Shown: positions 10,770 to 23,084 of the stretch, piece after piece | Layout: each line of letters begins with the position of its first letter | Numbering within the stretch: the first letter of the stretch is position 1 | Assembly: GCF_006345805.1 (NCBI RefSeq) | Contig: NC_043023.1 | Span: 992,001-1,056,000 of the forward strand | Origin: Octopus sinensis | Lineage: Eukaryota | Direction of reading: 5' to 3' | Length of the DNA stretch: 64,000 nucleotides | Translations under genes and position numbers: made by a program | Notes under the pieces: generated by a model | What the model was told of the DNA's origin: nothing | The model's database searches: none | Seen by the model: only the letters and a program-made list of their open reading frames with translations

Positions 10770-12030
10770 TAACATATTTGATGCATGGACCACAGGGAAA
10801 TATCTCCTGTGTATTGTACATGATACACAAGATGGATAAATGATTAAATCTACTCCAGAATTTCACTGACGAAAGATAATGTTAATCTTAGTCTTCTATT
10901 ATAATTCCACTGGCATTGAAGATATTTTATAGCAATGCTTGTCTAAATAATTTTCATAAGTTTATCTTAAGCATTCATGCTTGGTTAATCCTTGTTTAAT
11001 ACATTCCGAGTAATTGTTGTGGCAAGAGTCATTCACGCTCCTGTGGGATTGGAAGAACAGACTAGCTGAACTCTTATGAAGAGTAGCATATTGGTTGAGA
11101 TGAAGGAATTTGTAGGAGTCATTGAGATTGTTGGGAGTTTGTGTTTAGTGGAGTATCATGTTTAGTGGAGTAATTTCAAGTACGTTGTGTGAAGACAGTT
11201 ATGTCTATCCCTGCTTTGGGAAATCTGTAAATCCAAACTAGAGAAGGATATAAAAGTAATATAAGGCTTTCCTATCATAAGTCCTGAGTTAATCTGGGGT
11301 TGGAAAAAAAATAAGGAGTGACTATCATATATGATGCATGGACCCTAGGGAAATATGTCCTGTGTGTCAGAAGTAATACACAGGACAGACAAATGATTAA
11401 ACCTTCCCCAGTTTTTCACTGATGCTTTATTTCACCAACCCCAGAAGGATGAAAGGGTTACTCTTAGTCTTCTCTTATAATTCCATTGACATCAAGGATG
11501 TTTTAGAGCAGAGATAACCATTTGCCTATCCAAAGCATTTCCATAACTTTATCCTAAACATCCATGCTTGTCTTCAGAATTTTAGTTGGCCCTTCATTCT
11601 GAGTTTTAAGTTTCTCTATTGGTTGAAAAAAAAACTAGGAACATGTATCATATATGATCAATGAACACCAGAGCAATATGTTCTGTGTATTGTTTGTGAT
11701 ACACAAGACAGACAAAAAATTAAATCTTCCCCAGAAGTTCACTGGTACTTTATTATATCAGCACCAGAAAAATGAAAATAATGTTGGTTTTAATCTTCTC
11801 TTATAATTCCATTGACATTGAAGATAACCATTTACCTGTCCAAAGCATTTTCATAAGTTTATCCTTAGCGTCCAAGCTTGTTTTCAGAATTTTAGTTGGC
11901 CCTTGTTTAATTCATTCTGAGCAATTAATATAAAGTTTTCCTTTCAAAAGTTCCAAGTTACTTTGGTAGTTGAAAGAAATTGGGAACATGTATCATATAT
12001 GATCAATGAATACCAGAGCATGTTCTGTCC
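10770..12030. repeat. old diverged tandem array (about 3.5 units, ~320-550 bp)
   Basis: catatatgat..gatacacaaga..ttaaatcttccccag..ataattccattgacat..aagcattt..cataagtttatc repeats at ~10775, 11325, 11645 and 11990. Confidence 0.75.
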
Positions 12031-12444
12031 ATCACATGAAACTTGGGTAAAGTAAAGGGTTGATAAAAGCAAAGTTACTTTAGTAAATGCTTCAATAATA
12101 TTGCCCTCCTCTGCTCTTATATGCAAGTGAGACATCACTACTACGAAAAGGACAAAACACCAATTTGCTATGATGCAAAGGGCCATGGAAATGCAGGGCA
12201 CTGCCAATGGGCTGATAAGAGATGAGCTGTAGACAGGAACTTCACTATGGGCTGGCTAGCGAGTTGGTCCACAGAGAAAGGACTTCTGGTTAGGTGGGAG
12301 AGGAATCTGGGGATTAAGATGGCTGATTTAGATGGCTTTGCAGTGTAGTTGATTGAAACGAAATAATAAATATACCAATATACTGTTCCAGGTTATTTTT
12401 GTGTATAGCTTAACTAAACTATGGAAAGATCCATACTAGGAATA

Positions 12445-12682
12445 ATTTATTTCTTTACTACCCACAAGGGGTTAAACACAGAGGGGATGAACAAGGACAG
12501 ACAAATGGATTAAGTCGATTACATCGACCCCAGTGCGTAACTGGTACTTAATTTATTGACCCTGAAAGGATGAAAGGTAAAGTTGACTTTGGCGGAATTT
12601 GAACTCAGAACGTAACGGCAGATGAAATATGGCTACGCATTTCACCCAGCGTGCTAACGTTTCTGCCAGCTCACCCACCTTA
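12445..12682 (-). mobile_element. SINE family B, full length
   Basis: Same head, domain and tail as 10312-10537. Confidence 0.9.
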
Positions 12683-12719
12683 GGAATAATTATTAAGGGA
12701 GTGTATACGAAATGAGATA

Positions 12720-12970
12720 ATTTGAGAAAATGGAGTGGAATGAATTATGTGATTGCAGAGTACTGAAAGCAGAAGTGTCGCTGAGCTGGATGTGGTGCAG
12801 GGAGCAGTTTCCAAGTGGTATCCAAGAGACTGGAAAAGGCCACTTGGCAGGCCTTCATGATGATGGGAAGACAGTTTGGTTCAGCAATTTGGGTCAAGGT
12901 GGACAAGAATGTTGCAATCAAGACAAAATTGGAAGAGCATTGATATAAATAGCACCTAATGGTCTGCTTA
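12720..12970 (+). mobile_element. decayed RTE-clade LINE 3' end
   Basis: AVSKWYPRDWKRPLGRPS**WEDSL, the RTE 'W.PR..KR..GRP..RW.D' motif. Confidence 0.75.
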
Positions 12971-13064
12971 CTACCGTTATATGTTTCATATTATATATTT
13001 ATTATATTATATATTATATTGTATTATATTATATTATATTATATATTTATTCTATTATATCATT

Positions 13065-13450
13065 AAAAGTTTTTTTTCTCTCATTCCTACTCATTTTCAC
13101 ACCTTCGCATTCCTCATCCTGTCCATCCATGTCGCACCAACCATATCCCTCAGACGGCTCATCTCAAACACATCTAGTCGCCTCCTTCCCACCTCTCTCA
13201 GCCCCCACGTCTCTGCACCACATAACATTGTCGGCACAATCACGCCCCCCATACACACACCTTTTCGCTTTCATCCCTCAACCTTTTATCTCTCAGCATC
13301 AGCATACCTCTCACCACTCCAAGTATCTTACTCCCCTCCCTCGCTCTATATCCCACCGCCTCAGCCAACTCCGCCCCGCCCCATGTGCCGTCACATGTGA
13401 CCCCAGACACTTAAAAACACTCACCACTTATACTCACATCCAGCCTACCT
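13065..13450 (-). mobile_element. decayed RTE-clade RT fragment
   Basis: (F)KCLGSHV..VIVPTMLCGAETWGLREVGRRRLDVFEMSRLRDMVGATWMDRMRN with stops and frameshifts. Confidence 0.8.
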
Positions 13451-13479
13451 GTATTAAGAGTGCATGTTCAGAATGAGAT

Positions 13480-13752
13480 ATTTCAAGAACGGAGGGGAGT
13501 GAATGAGGCAACCAGAAAATACCAAAACCAGAAGATCCTCTCGGCTGGACATGTTGCAGGGTCCAGAGACAACAGGCAGACCAGTGCAGTAGCCAAGCAG
13601 TGTCCGAGTGACCATAAAAGGCCGCTTGGGAAGACGGTTTAGTTAAGCAATTAGGGTCAAAGAGAAAAAGAATGGTGCAATGAAGATAGAATTGGAAGCG
13701 CATTGTGACCAGTGGTGTGCAACAGCATCCGATGGTCTGGTTGATATTGTGA
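13480..13752 (+). mobile_element. decayed RTE-clade LINE 3' end
   Basis: SAGHVAGSRDNRQTSAVAKQCPSDHKRPLG; paralogous to 12720-12970. Confidence 0.72.
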
Positions 13753-13789
13753 TTTTTAAAATTAAGTGAAACAAATCTCTCTTTCTCTT

Positions 13790-14310
13790 TCTCTTTTACT
13801 TGTTTCAGTCATTTGACTGCGGCCATGCTGGAGCACCGCCTTTAGTCGAGCAAATAGACCCCGGGACTTATTCTTTGTAAGTCCAGTACTTATTCTATCG
13901 GTCTCTTTTCTCTTTTACTTGTTTCAGTCATTTGACTGCAGCCATGCTGGAGCACCGCCTTTAGTCGAGCATATAGACCCCGGGACTTATTCTTTGTAAG
14001 TCCAGTACTTATTCTATCGGTCTCTTTTGCTGAACCGCTAAGTGACGGGGACGTAAACACACCAGCATCGGTTGTTAAACGATATTGGGGGGACAAATAC
14101 AGACACACAAACACACACACATACATACACACACACATACATATATATACATATATACGACAGGCTTCTTTCAGTTTCTGTCTAACAAATCCACTCACAA
14201 GGCATTGGTCAGCCCGGGGCTATAGCAGAAGACACTTGCCCAAGATGCCACACAGTAGGACTGAACCCAGAACCATGTGGTTGGTTAGCAAGCTACTTAC
14301 CACACAGCCA
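13790..14310 (-). mobile_element. SINE family A with a duplicated ~120-bp 3' tail
   Basis: The tail block occurs at ~13790-13905 and again from ~13910. Confidence 0.9.
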
Positions 14311-14364
14311 CATGGTAAGAAATGGGTTAGGCACAGTTAGAAATGTAGATTACTACATACATAC

Positions 14365-14394
14365 GTATCTCTGCTGGATCAGAGCCAACTTGGG
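14365..14394 (-). CDS. candidate 30-nt micro-exon (PKLALIQQRY or xQVGSDPAEIx)
   Basis: tgtttttgtcatttttgtttag|CCCAAG..GATAC|gtatgt; length divisible by 3, two open frames. Confidence 0.3.
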
Positions 14395-14589
14395 CTAAAC
14401 AAAAATGACAAAAACAACAGAGGGAGCACTATATAATGACGGATGTTCAGCTGATTCCACTACGGAACAAACAGCTTCCCATATGGTCAGACAATCAGGG
14501 AGTGTTTATTTATATGTGTTATGAAGTTAACAGGGAATTAAATACCTTGGTCTAGAGTGGATTTGGCAGTTTACACGTGTTGGAGAAAT

Positions 14590-14754
14590 TATAAATATAC
14601 ACGTGCACACAAATACATATGTATACATAGATGTGAGTATGTATATATGTGGACATATGTATGTGTAGATATGTATGAATATATGTGACTGTATACATAT
14701 ATATATACACATATATATATGACTGTATACATATATATATATATATGTGACAGT

Positions 14755-14808
<54 letters not shown>

Positions 14809-15240
14809 GCACACATACATGTATGTATTTATGTTTATGTCTATGTGTGTGTGGGTATGTATAGAAATGTATATATGTGTCATGTATGTATATAAATTTG
14901 TATGCGCATATATGAGTATGCATATACATGTATAAGCATATGTGTGTACAGACACTCCCCACCCCCACACACACATACAAAGAGACACATCGACATCTAA
15001 AGAGAACTTCCGACACCCCCCCATAAGACAAACAGACACACAAGAGCCGGCCATTAAAACAACACAAGTTAAAAAGCTAGAACTGGGATAAAACAGGGCT
15101 GGAATTTCAAAAGCATGCCTAGATAAATAAACAATGTGTCATATCAATGTGTACATATGTGTATATATGAGTGTATATGTGTGTGTGTGTATATATATAT
15201 ATACATACATACATACATATATACAAGCACTTCCATGTAA

Positions 15241-15273
<33 letters not shown>

Positions 15274-15280
15274 TATATAT

Positions 15281-15317
<37 letters not shown>

Positions 15318-15576
15318 CACTTATATATATATATATATATACATACATATATACAAGCACTTCTATGTATGTATATATATATATATATATATATACACAC
15401 AAATAGGTGCTTAAATGTATGTAAGTATAAATATGTATATATATAAATAGATAAGTGTTTGTGTGTGTATCAGCATAAGTGTCTTTGTGTGTATGTATGT
15501 GTGTGTGTAAACATATATATATAAATATGGGTATATGTATGCGTGTATGTATCTGTATGTGTGTATGTATGTGTAA

Positions 15577-15610
<34 letters not shown>

Positions 15611-15681
15611 GTATGTGTGTATGCATATATATATGTTTGTGCATGTGTCTTTATACATGGAGAAATAGATGTGTATATGCA

Positions 15682-15728
<47 letters not shown>

Positions 15729-16142
15729 TTATATGCACACACACACACACACGTGGGCACATGCACACACGGCGTTATTAGTTTGGCACTTAAAAGCTAC
15801 CGTTCTTGCGTTTCTTTGCTATTTCTGTTTATTACATGTTTTTTAATTTCAGCTCCTATACACCCACCCACCCAACACACACACCACACGTGGGCACATG
15901 CACACACGGCGTTATTAGTTTGGCACTTAAAAGCTACCGTTCTTGCGTTTCTTTGCTATTTCTGTTTATTACATGTTTTTTAATTTCAGCTCCTATACAC
16001 CCACCCACCCAAACACACACACACACACATTATTGTGGGCCATTAACGGAACTGTAAAAATATCTGAAACATTCCTGAATTGCAGCGTATAGAATTTAGG
16101 TTTATATACCAGTTAAAAGTGTATACACTCATCTATACATAC

Positions 16143-16212
<70 letters not shown>

Positions 16213-16474
16213 CACACACACTCACACACATATATATATACACACACACACATATACATACACACACATATGTATACACACATGCACACACACACACATA
16301 CATACACATACATATACACACATAATTGCATGCCATTATCGGAACTGGAAAAATGTGTAAAGCATTCCAGAGGTTCTGTCTGTAGCATGTATATATATAT
16401 ATATATATACATAATATATATATATATACATATATATACATATATATACATATATGTATATATATATATATATA

Positions 16475-16520
<46 letters not shown>
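14590..16520. repeat. compound (TA/TG/CA)n microsatellite field with short unique inserts
   Basis: Direct reading. Confidence 0.9.
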
Positions 16521-16521
<1 letters not shown>

Positions 16522-17073
16522 TATGTATGTATGTATATATAGATGCACATGTGTAGATGTCTACATAGGTCACGACGTACAAATCCACACATGCGATGAC
16601 ACCGATGCGTTCACATTTACATGCATGTATGCATACATGCATAAGCATACGTGCACAAACACACATATACACACGTGACAGGTCGTGTGGTTAAGAGTGC
16701 TGCTTCCCAGCCATGTGGTGCAGGGTTCAACTGAACTTTACTGCATCTTGGATGCAGTGTTTTCTACCAGAGGTCCATCCAGCTGACCAAAGCATTTGGC
16801 GTATGAACACTGAATGAAGTCTCAGCGTGTGTATGCCAATATAGACATACATATTATTAATATACACACACAGACACACACATATATATATATATATATA
16901 TACACACACACGGACACATATATATATACACACACACACACACATTATAAGTGTTAACAAGAGAGACAGAGAAAGGCAGAAACAAGGAAAATGCCACTTA
17001 TATTTGAACGCTAAACAAATATTCTTTTAAAAAAACTTTACTTTCAATTTTTCTAAATTTAATTATTTAATCG

Positions 17074-17116
17074 TTACAGTTGAAAAGGTCTCAAATGACC
17101 GAAACCGGTACTGAAA
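17074..17116 (+). ncRNA. minimal type I hammerhead ribozyme (U3-A8 variant), copy 1
   Basis: ttacag-TTGAAAA-ggtc(tcaaat)gacc-GAAA-ccgg-TA-ctgaaa: stems I and II pair, stem III is the palindrome accggt, cleavage triplet GUA. Confidence 0.6.
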
Positions 17117-17140
17117 TGTTCTTTATAAAATTATTTTAGC

Positions 17141-17239
<99 letters not shown>

Positions 17240-17602
17240 ATATATGAGAGTATGTATGTATGTATATATAGATGCACATGTGTAGATGTCTACATAGGTC
17301 ACGACGTACAAATCCACACATGCGATGACACCGATGCGTTCACATTTACATGCATGTATGCATACATGCATAAGCATACGTGCACAAACACACATATACA
17401 CACGTGACAGGTCATGTGGTTAAGAGTGCTGCTTCCCAGCCATGTGGTGCAGGGTTCAACTGAACTTTACTGCATCTTGGATGCAGTGTTTTCTACCAGA
17501 GGTCCATCCAGCTGACCAAAGCATTTGGCGTATGAACATTGAATGAAGTCTCAGCGTGTGTATGCCAATATAGACATACATATTATTAATATACACACAC
17601 AG

Positions 17603-17648
<46 letters not shown>

Positions 17649-17810
17649 ACGGACACATATATATATACACACACACACACATTATAAGTGTTAACAAGAG
17701 AGACAGAGAAAGGCAGAAACAAGGAAAATGCCACTTATATTTGAACGCTAAACAAATATTCTTTTAAAAAAACTTTACTTTCAATTTTTCTAAATTTAAT
17801 TATTTAATCG

Positions 17811-17853
17811 TTACAGTTGAAAAGGTCTCAAATGACCGAAACCGGTACTGAAA
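17811..17853 (+). ncRNA. minimal type I hammerhead ribozyme (U3-A8 variant), copy 2
   Basis: Identical to copy 1. Confidence 0.6.
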
Positions 17854-17877
17854 TGTTCTTTATAAAATTATTTTAGC

Positions 17878-17884
<7 letters not shown>

Positions 17885-17941
<57 letters not shown>

Positions 17942-17954
17942 CTATATATATATA

Positions 17955-18028
<74 letters not shown>

Positions 18029-18049
18029 ATAATACATATATATATATAC

Positions 18050-18140
<91 letters not shown>

Positions 18141-18170
18141 AGATATATACATATATATATATAAGATATA

Positions 18171-18202
<32 letters not shown>

Positions 18203-18225
18203 ACACATACACATATATATATATT
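17885..18225. repeat. (AT)n microsatellite
   Basis: Direct reading. Confidence 0.95.
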
Positions 18226-18227
18226 CT

Positions 18228-18620
18228 TTTATTCTTTTACTTATTTCAGTCTTTTGACTGCAGCCATGCTGGAGCACTACCTTGAAGAGTATTTTAGTAA
18301 AAGATATCTACCCAGGACTTATTCTTTGTAAGCCTAGTACTTAGTATTTCTGCAAAAGAGACCGATAGAATAAGTTAGGGGGGTCATAAACACACCAACA
18401 TCGGTTGTCAAGCAATGTTGGGGGGGAACAAACACAAAGATACACAAACACACATATATACATATATACGACAGGCTTCTTTCAGTTTCCGTCTACCAAA
18501 TCCACTCACAAGGCTTTGGTCGGCCCAAGGCTATAGTAGAAGACACTTGCCCAAGGTGCCACGCAGTGGGAACCGTGTGGTTGGTAAGTAAGGTACTTAC
18601 CACACAGCCACTCCTGCGCC
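18228..18620 (-). mobile_element. SINE family A
   Basis: Head and tail recognisable. Confidence 0.88.
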
Positions 18621-18634
18621 TACAAATCAAAACC

Positions 18635-18865
18635 ATCAGTGGAACTGTATATCTGAATGTCTAGAGAAGGAAACTAATATACATGTGAATACATACATAA
18701 AACAAAATGTACAAATCTGCATATGTACTGACTCCAAATGCTGCAAATATACACACATACACAAACAAATACTCTGTTGATGTTGAAATTCCAATGAAGA
18801 AGCCTTGGATCTAGGTTAGAAACCGGATCTTTCTCTATTGGCAAGATCTTGAAATAAAACTGAAT
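18635..18865 (+). mobile_element. 3' UTR remnant of RLE-type LINE family 2
   Basis: cataaaacaaaatgtacaaatctgca..attccaatgaagaagccttggatctaggttagaaacc..aaactgaataatgaca matches the sequence after the ORF at 58470-58680 (minus). Confidence 0.7.
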
Positions 18866-19080
18866 AATGACATACATCGCCTGTGCTGGGGCCACATAAA
18901 AAGCACTCAACTCACTCTGTGGAGTGGCTGGTGCTAGGAAGGGAATCCAGCCGTAAAAGACTGCCAAAACAGACACAGAAGTCAGGTGCTGTATTCTGCC
19001 TGGCTAGCCCCTCTCAAATCATCCAACCCATGCCAGCATGGAAAATGGATGTTAAACGACGATGATGATGATGATGATGA
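18865..19080 (+). mobile_element. short RTE 3' tail copy with (GAT)n
   Basis: Homologous to 4820-4998. Confidence 0.82.
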
Positions 19081-19105
19081 CACATGATGGCTGTAAAATG
19101 ACTGA

Positions 19106-19600
19106 AGGCAGCGAGCTGGAAGGAACGTTAGCACGCCGGGCGAAATGCTTAGCGGTATTTCGTCTGCAGCTACGTTCTGAGTTCAAACTGGACTTAATTC
19201 GTTTGTTTGTCCTCTCTGTGTTTAGCTCCTTGTGGGTAGTAAAGAAATAGGTATTTTGTCTGCCATACGTTCTGAGTTCAAATTCCGCCGAGGTTGACTT
19301 TGCCTTTCATCCTTTCGGGGTCAATAAATTAAGTACCAGTTATGCACTGGGGTCAATATAATCGACTTAATTCGTTTGTTTGTCCTCTCTGTGTTTAGCT
19401 CCTTGTGGGTAGTAAAGAAATAGGTATTTTGTCTGCCATACGTTCTGAGTTCAAATTCCGCCGAGGTCGACTTTGCCTATCATCCATTCGGGATTGATAA
19501 ATTAAGTACCAGTTATGCACTGAGGTCAATTTAATCGACTTAATCCCTCTGTCTCTCCTTGTTTGTCCCATTTATGTTTAACCCCTTGTGGGCAATAAAG
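19106..19600 (+). mobile_element. SINE family B concatemer (one head, three tails)
   Basis: Junction aaagaaata|ggtattt at ~19250 and ~19423, period 173 bp. Confidence 0.88.
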
Positions 19601-19865
19601 AAAAATGTAAGATGACTGAACTGGCAACCCTACCATAACAAGCTTGTTTGATAAGAAGGGGGTAATTTTCATTGAACACCTTGCAAGGGAAAAAAACATA
19701 ACCTGCTAAAGAGCAGATGAACTCAGCACAGCCAAATGCTATCCAAAAGCTGGATGTGAGAAACCCCTTGTCTTTGTATAGACACATAAATATAGATACT
19801 TGAATACACACATACATATATTTACATACAGATACACTGTCCTGGGATAAATATAAAGAAGGACT

Positions 19866-20770
19866 TTGTTATTGGCAATAAAGATAAATACCAACACAAG
19901 GAATTCTGGTGTAACATTCCCATCAAAACATTTGCCGAGTGTAAATATAACAGGCCAGATTTTGTTAAGGACAGACAAGAAAATGTGTTTACTGTTATAA
20001 AGGTCAGCCGCCTCGCTGATGTGAATGTAACTTGTAAAATCAAAAAGAACTATGGACATCTGTTTCAAAACCTCCAGATTATAAATTTACATTAGGCGCA
20101 GGAGCGGCTGTGTGGTAAGTAGCTTGCTTACCAACCACAAGGTTCCGGGTTCAGTCCCACAGTGTGGCATCTTGGGCAGGTGTCTACTGCTATAGTTTCG
20201 GGCCAACCAAACCCTTGTGAGTGGATTTGGTAAATGGAAACTGAAAGAAGCCCATTGTATATATATATGTTATTTCTTTATTATTGTATATATATATGTG
20301 TGTGTGTGTATGTATATGTTTGTTTCCCCCCCACCCAACATCGCTTGACAACCGATGCTGGTGTGTTTATGTCACCATAACTTAGCAGTTCAGCAGGAGA
20401 GACCGATAGAATAAGCACTAGGCTTACAAAGAATAAGTCCTGGGGTCGATTTGCTCGACTAAAGGCAGTGCTCCAGCAAGGGCTCAGTCAAATGACTGAA
20501 ACAAGTAAAAGAATTAAAAAAACAATAAGAATTGATGCATTTGGTTTTGTACGTAAATGCCTGTTAGTCTGGATAAATAGAGTTTTGAGAAAAAGAAATC
20601 AACCAACTGATTTGAACATAATACAATTTGTAAGAGGAACAGTAAAGATACGCAAGACTTTTCTCAAGTTCAAAATGTAACATTGTTTCTGTTGCCTACA
20701 TTCCAATGAGGGAGCTTAGTATCTTTGTTAGAAACCACTTCCTTCCTCAGAGGAAGAATTTAAATAATCA
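19866..20770 (+). mobile_element. RLE-type LINE family 2, 3' part, interrupted by SINE A (20095-20512)
   Basis: KEFWCNIPIKT..KYNRPDF..VIKVSRLADVNV (PD-(D/E)xK nuclease remnant); GTVKIRKTFLKFKM* follows the SINE, then 3' UTR ttccaatgagggagc. Confidence 0.75.
20095..20512 (+). mobile_element. SINE family A, full length
   Basis: Near-consensus copy. Confidence 0.9.
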
Positions 20771-20875
20771 TAAACAGAAGAGACAAATACATACATATAT
20801 AGACAAAGAAACAACATACAATGTCGTTTGAAAGAAAGACTGTCATGGAATAAATTTAGAGAATTCCCTTGTCCC

Positions 20876-21262
20876 TCTATATATAAAGCTGAAGTTGTCT
20901 GTGTATGGCAGGTTTGGTAGCCTTCAACTAACACTATCTCCTCCGAGACCCTGTGGTGCAAGTTGACCAAAATTGAGAGTATGATAGAAGAAGGCTTGCT
21001 CTTCCTTCCATAGAAGGAAAAATTCAAATCGGACCATATTAACACCAAAAATTATTTACATCAAAAAGGTGCATTTTTTCTATGAAAATCCCTATTTTTT
21101 ACAATTTTTTTACTGCTATGTCGCCATTTTTCATTGTATTTCAATCAGAAAAATGTTACTTAAAGACAATAACAAGCTACATTATGCAAAATATTTACTT
21201 TTCAAAAATACCAATTCTAAAAGGTTGAAACAAACCCGAGCAATGCCGGGCAATACTGCTAG
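20876..21262 (+). mobile_element. non-autonomous Helitron, copy 2
   Basis: TCtatatataaagctgaag..cccgagcaatgccggg caatactgCTAG|T; colinear with 6422-6835. Confidence 0.85.
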
Positions 21263-21274
21263 TTATTGAGTAAA

Positions 21275-21880
21275 TATACACATCATCAGCAAGAAGTACT
21301 GATGGAATATTTCCATTAAAACATCTGTCAAGTGTTAAGCATAACAGGCCTGATATTGTTGTTTGAGATAAACAAAAACAAAAGGACCAAAAAAGGATGT
21401 TCTACTGTAGAGGTCAGCTATCCCGATGATGTAAATGTCTTCAAAAATCAAAGAGAAAAAGGATAATTATTGGACAACTTCTTTGAAACCTCCAGCTTCT
21501 TTATCTGGATTATAAATTCACATTTATACCAATAATAATTGGTGTTCTTAGTTTTACAAGTAAATATCAAAGTGGATAAGCGAGGGTTTTCAGAAAAAGA
21601 AATCAAACTGATAACACACTCATTACAGATATAATTTGTAAGTGGAACAATAAAAATTTGCAAGATTTTCTCAAGTTTGAATTTTCAAGCTGAGAAACAA
21701 AGAAGCTAATGTGAATTTTATACATACATTCTGAAAGTGGGATGGTAAAAATATGCAAGAGTTTTCTAAATTTCAGTTTTGATATGCAACAAATATTCTT
21801 GATGTTAATCAAATTCCAATGATGGAACTTTGGTTGTTTTGTTTTGAATATGGTCCCTTCCTTTCAAGAAGAATTCAAAG
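21275..21880 (+). mobile_element. RLE-type LINE family 2, decayed 3' part
   Basis: HNRPDIVV*DK..VEVSYPDDVNV..NLQLLYLDYKFTFIPIIIG..GTIKICK remnants, then the UTR motif aaattccaatga. Confidence 0.75.
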
Positions 21881-21919
21881 AAATGAAAAGGGGCACACCC
21901 TTTTCCCCCAATGCATGCA

Positions 21920-22178
21920 TACTCACATATACATGATCATATATACATACACATACAGATATACAAGTGTACATATATATATACACCTGCATACCACCCA
22001 TGAATGCTTATACACATATATATACAGGGATACATACACACATATACAAGGACATATATACATACACATACAGATATGCAAGTGTACATCAACATACACA
22101 TATACATATATACTGAACACAGGTATATATTTACATACATATATATACACCTGCATAACCCCATCCCCTTGAATGCTT

Positions 22179-22211
<33 letters not shown>

Positions 22212-22950
22212 CAGGGATACATACAGACAGATACATGGATATATTTACACACACATACAGGTATACAAGCATACATCAACACACATATATATACATATAT
22301 ACTGAACACAGGTATATATTTACACACACATACAGGTATACAAGCATACATCAACACACATATATATACATATATACTGAACACAGGTATATATTTACAC
22401 ACACATACAGGTATACAAGCATACATCAACACACATATATACATATATACTGAACACAGGTATATATTTACACACACACATACATATTTATATATATATC
22501 TGCATAACCCCCTCCATGAATGCTTATACAGGGATACATACACACATATACAAGCATATATCAACACACACATATACATATATCTGAACACAGGTATATA
22601 TTTACACATACACACACACACACACATATATATATATACACACCTGCATAAAAACACACACCCATGCATGCTTATACACATATATATATATATAGGGATA
22701 CATACAGATATACAAGCATACATCAGCACATACATATATAGAGCATGCAGGTGAATATATATATATATATACACACCCATACATGCATTCATACACACAT
22801 GCATATACACATGTACATAAATACACACATACGTATATACACATATGCAGTACATGGGTATATTCAAGTACAAAGGCTCACACACGCACACATCCCCACT
22901 CATAAACAAATACATATATACATACATATACACACGTGCGTATATACACA
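21920..22950. repeat. complex CA/TA minisatellite with ctgaacacaggtatatattt units
   Basis: A unit of about 70 bp repeats at 22240-22470, with larger degenerate repeats around it. Confidence 0.85.
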
Positions 22951-23084
22951 AGTCCCAGGAGAGGTAGCTGAAACTTAGCAAAAAAGTGCCAAACCTTTGA
23001 GTTAGCATTCAAAATAAACAAAGAACAACAACAACAACAACCAGAACAATATCAGGGGGGCAATGTTGTTTTGCTTGGAGAATA

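Larger units (their letters stand above)
16517..17886. repeat. near-identical tandem duplication (16517-17149 and 17246-17886) bounded by (AT)n
   Basis: The two copies differ at only about 2 substitutions plus microsatellite length. Confidence 0.95.
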
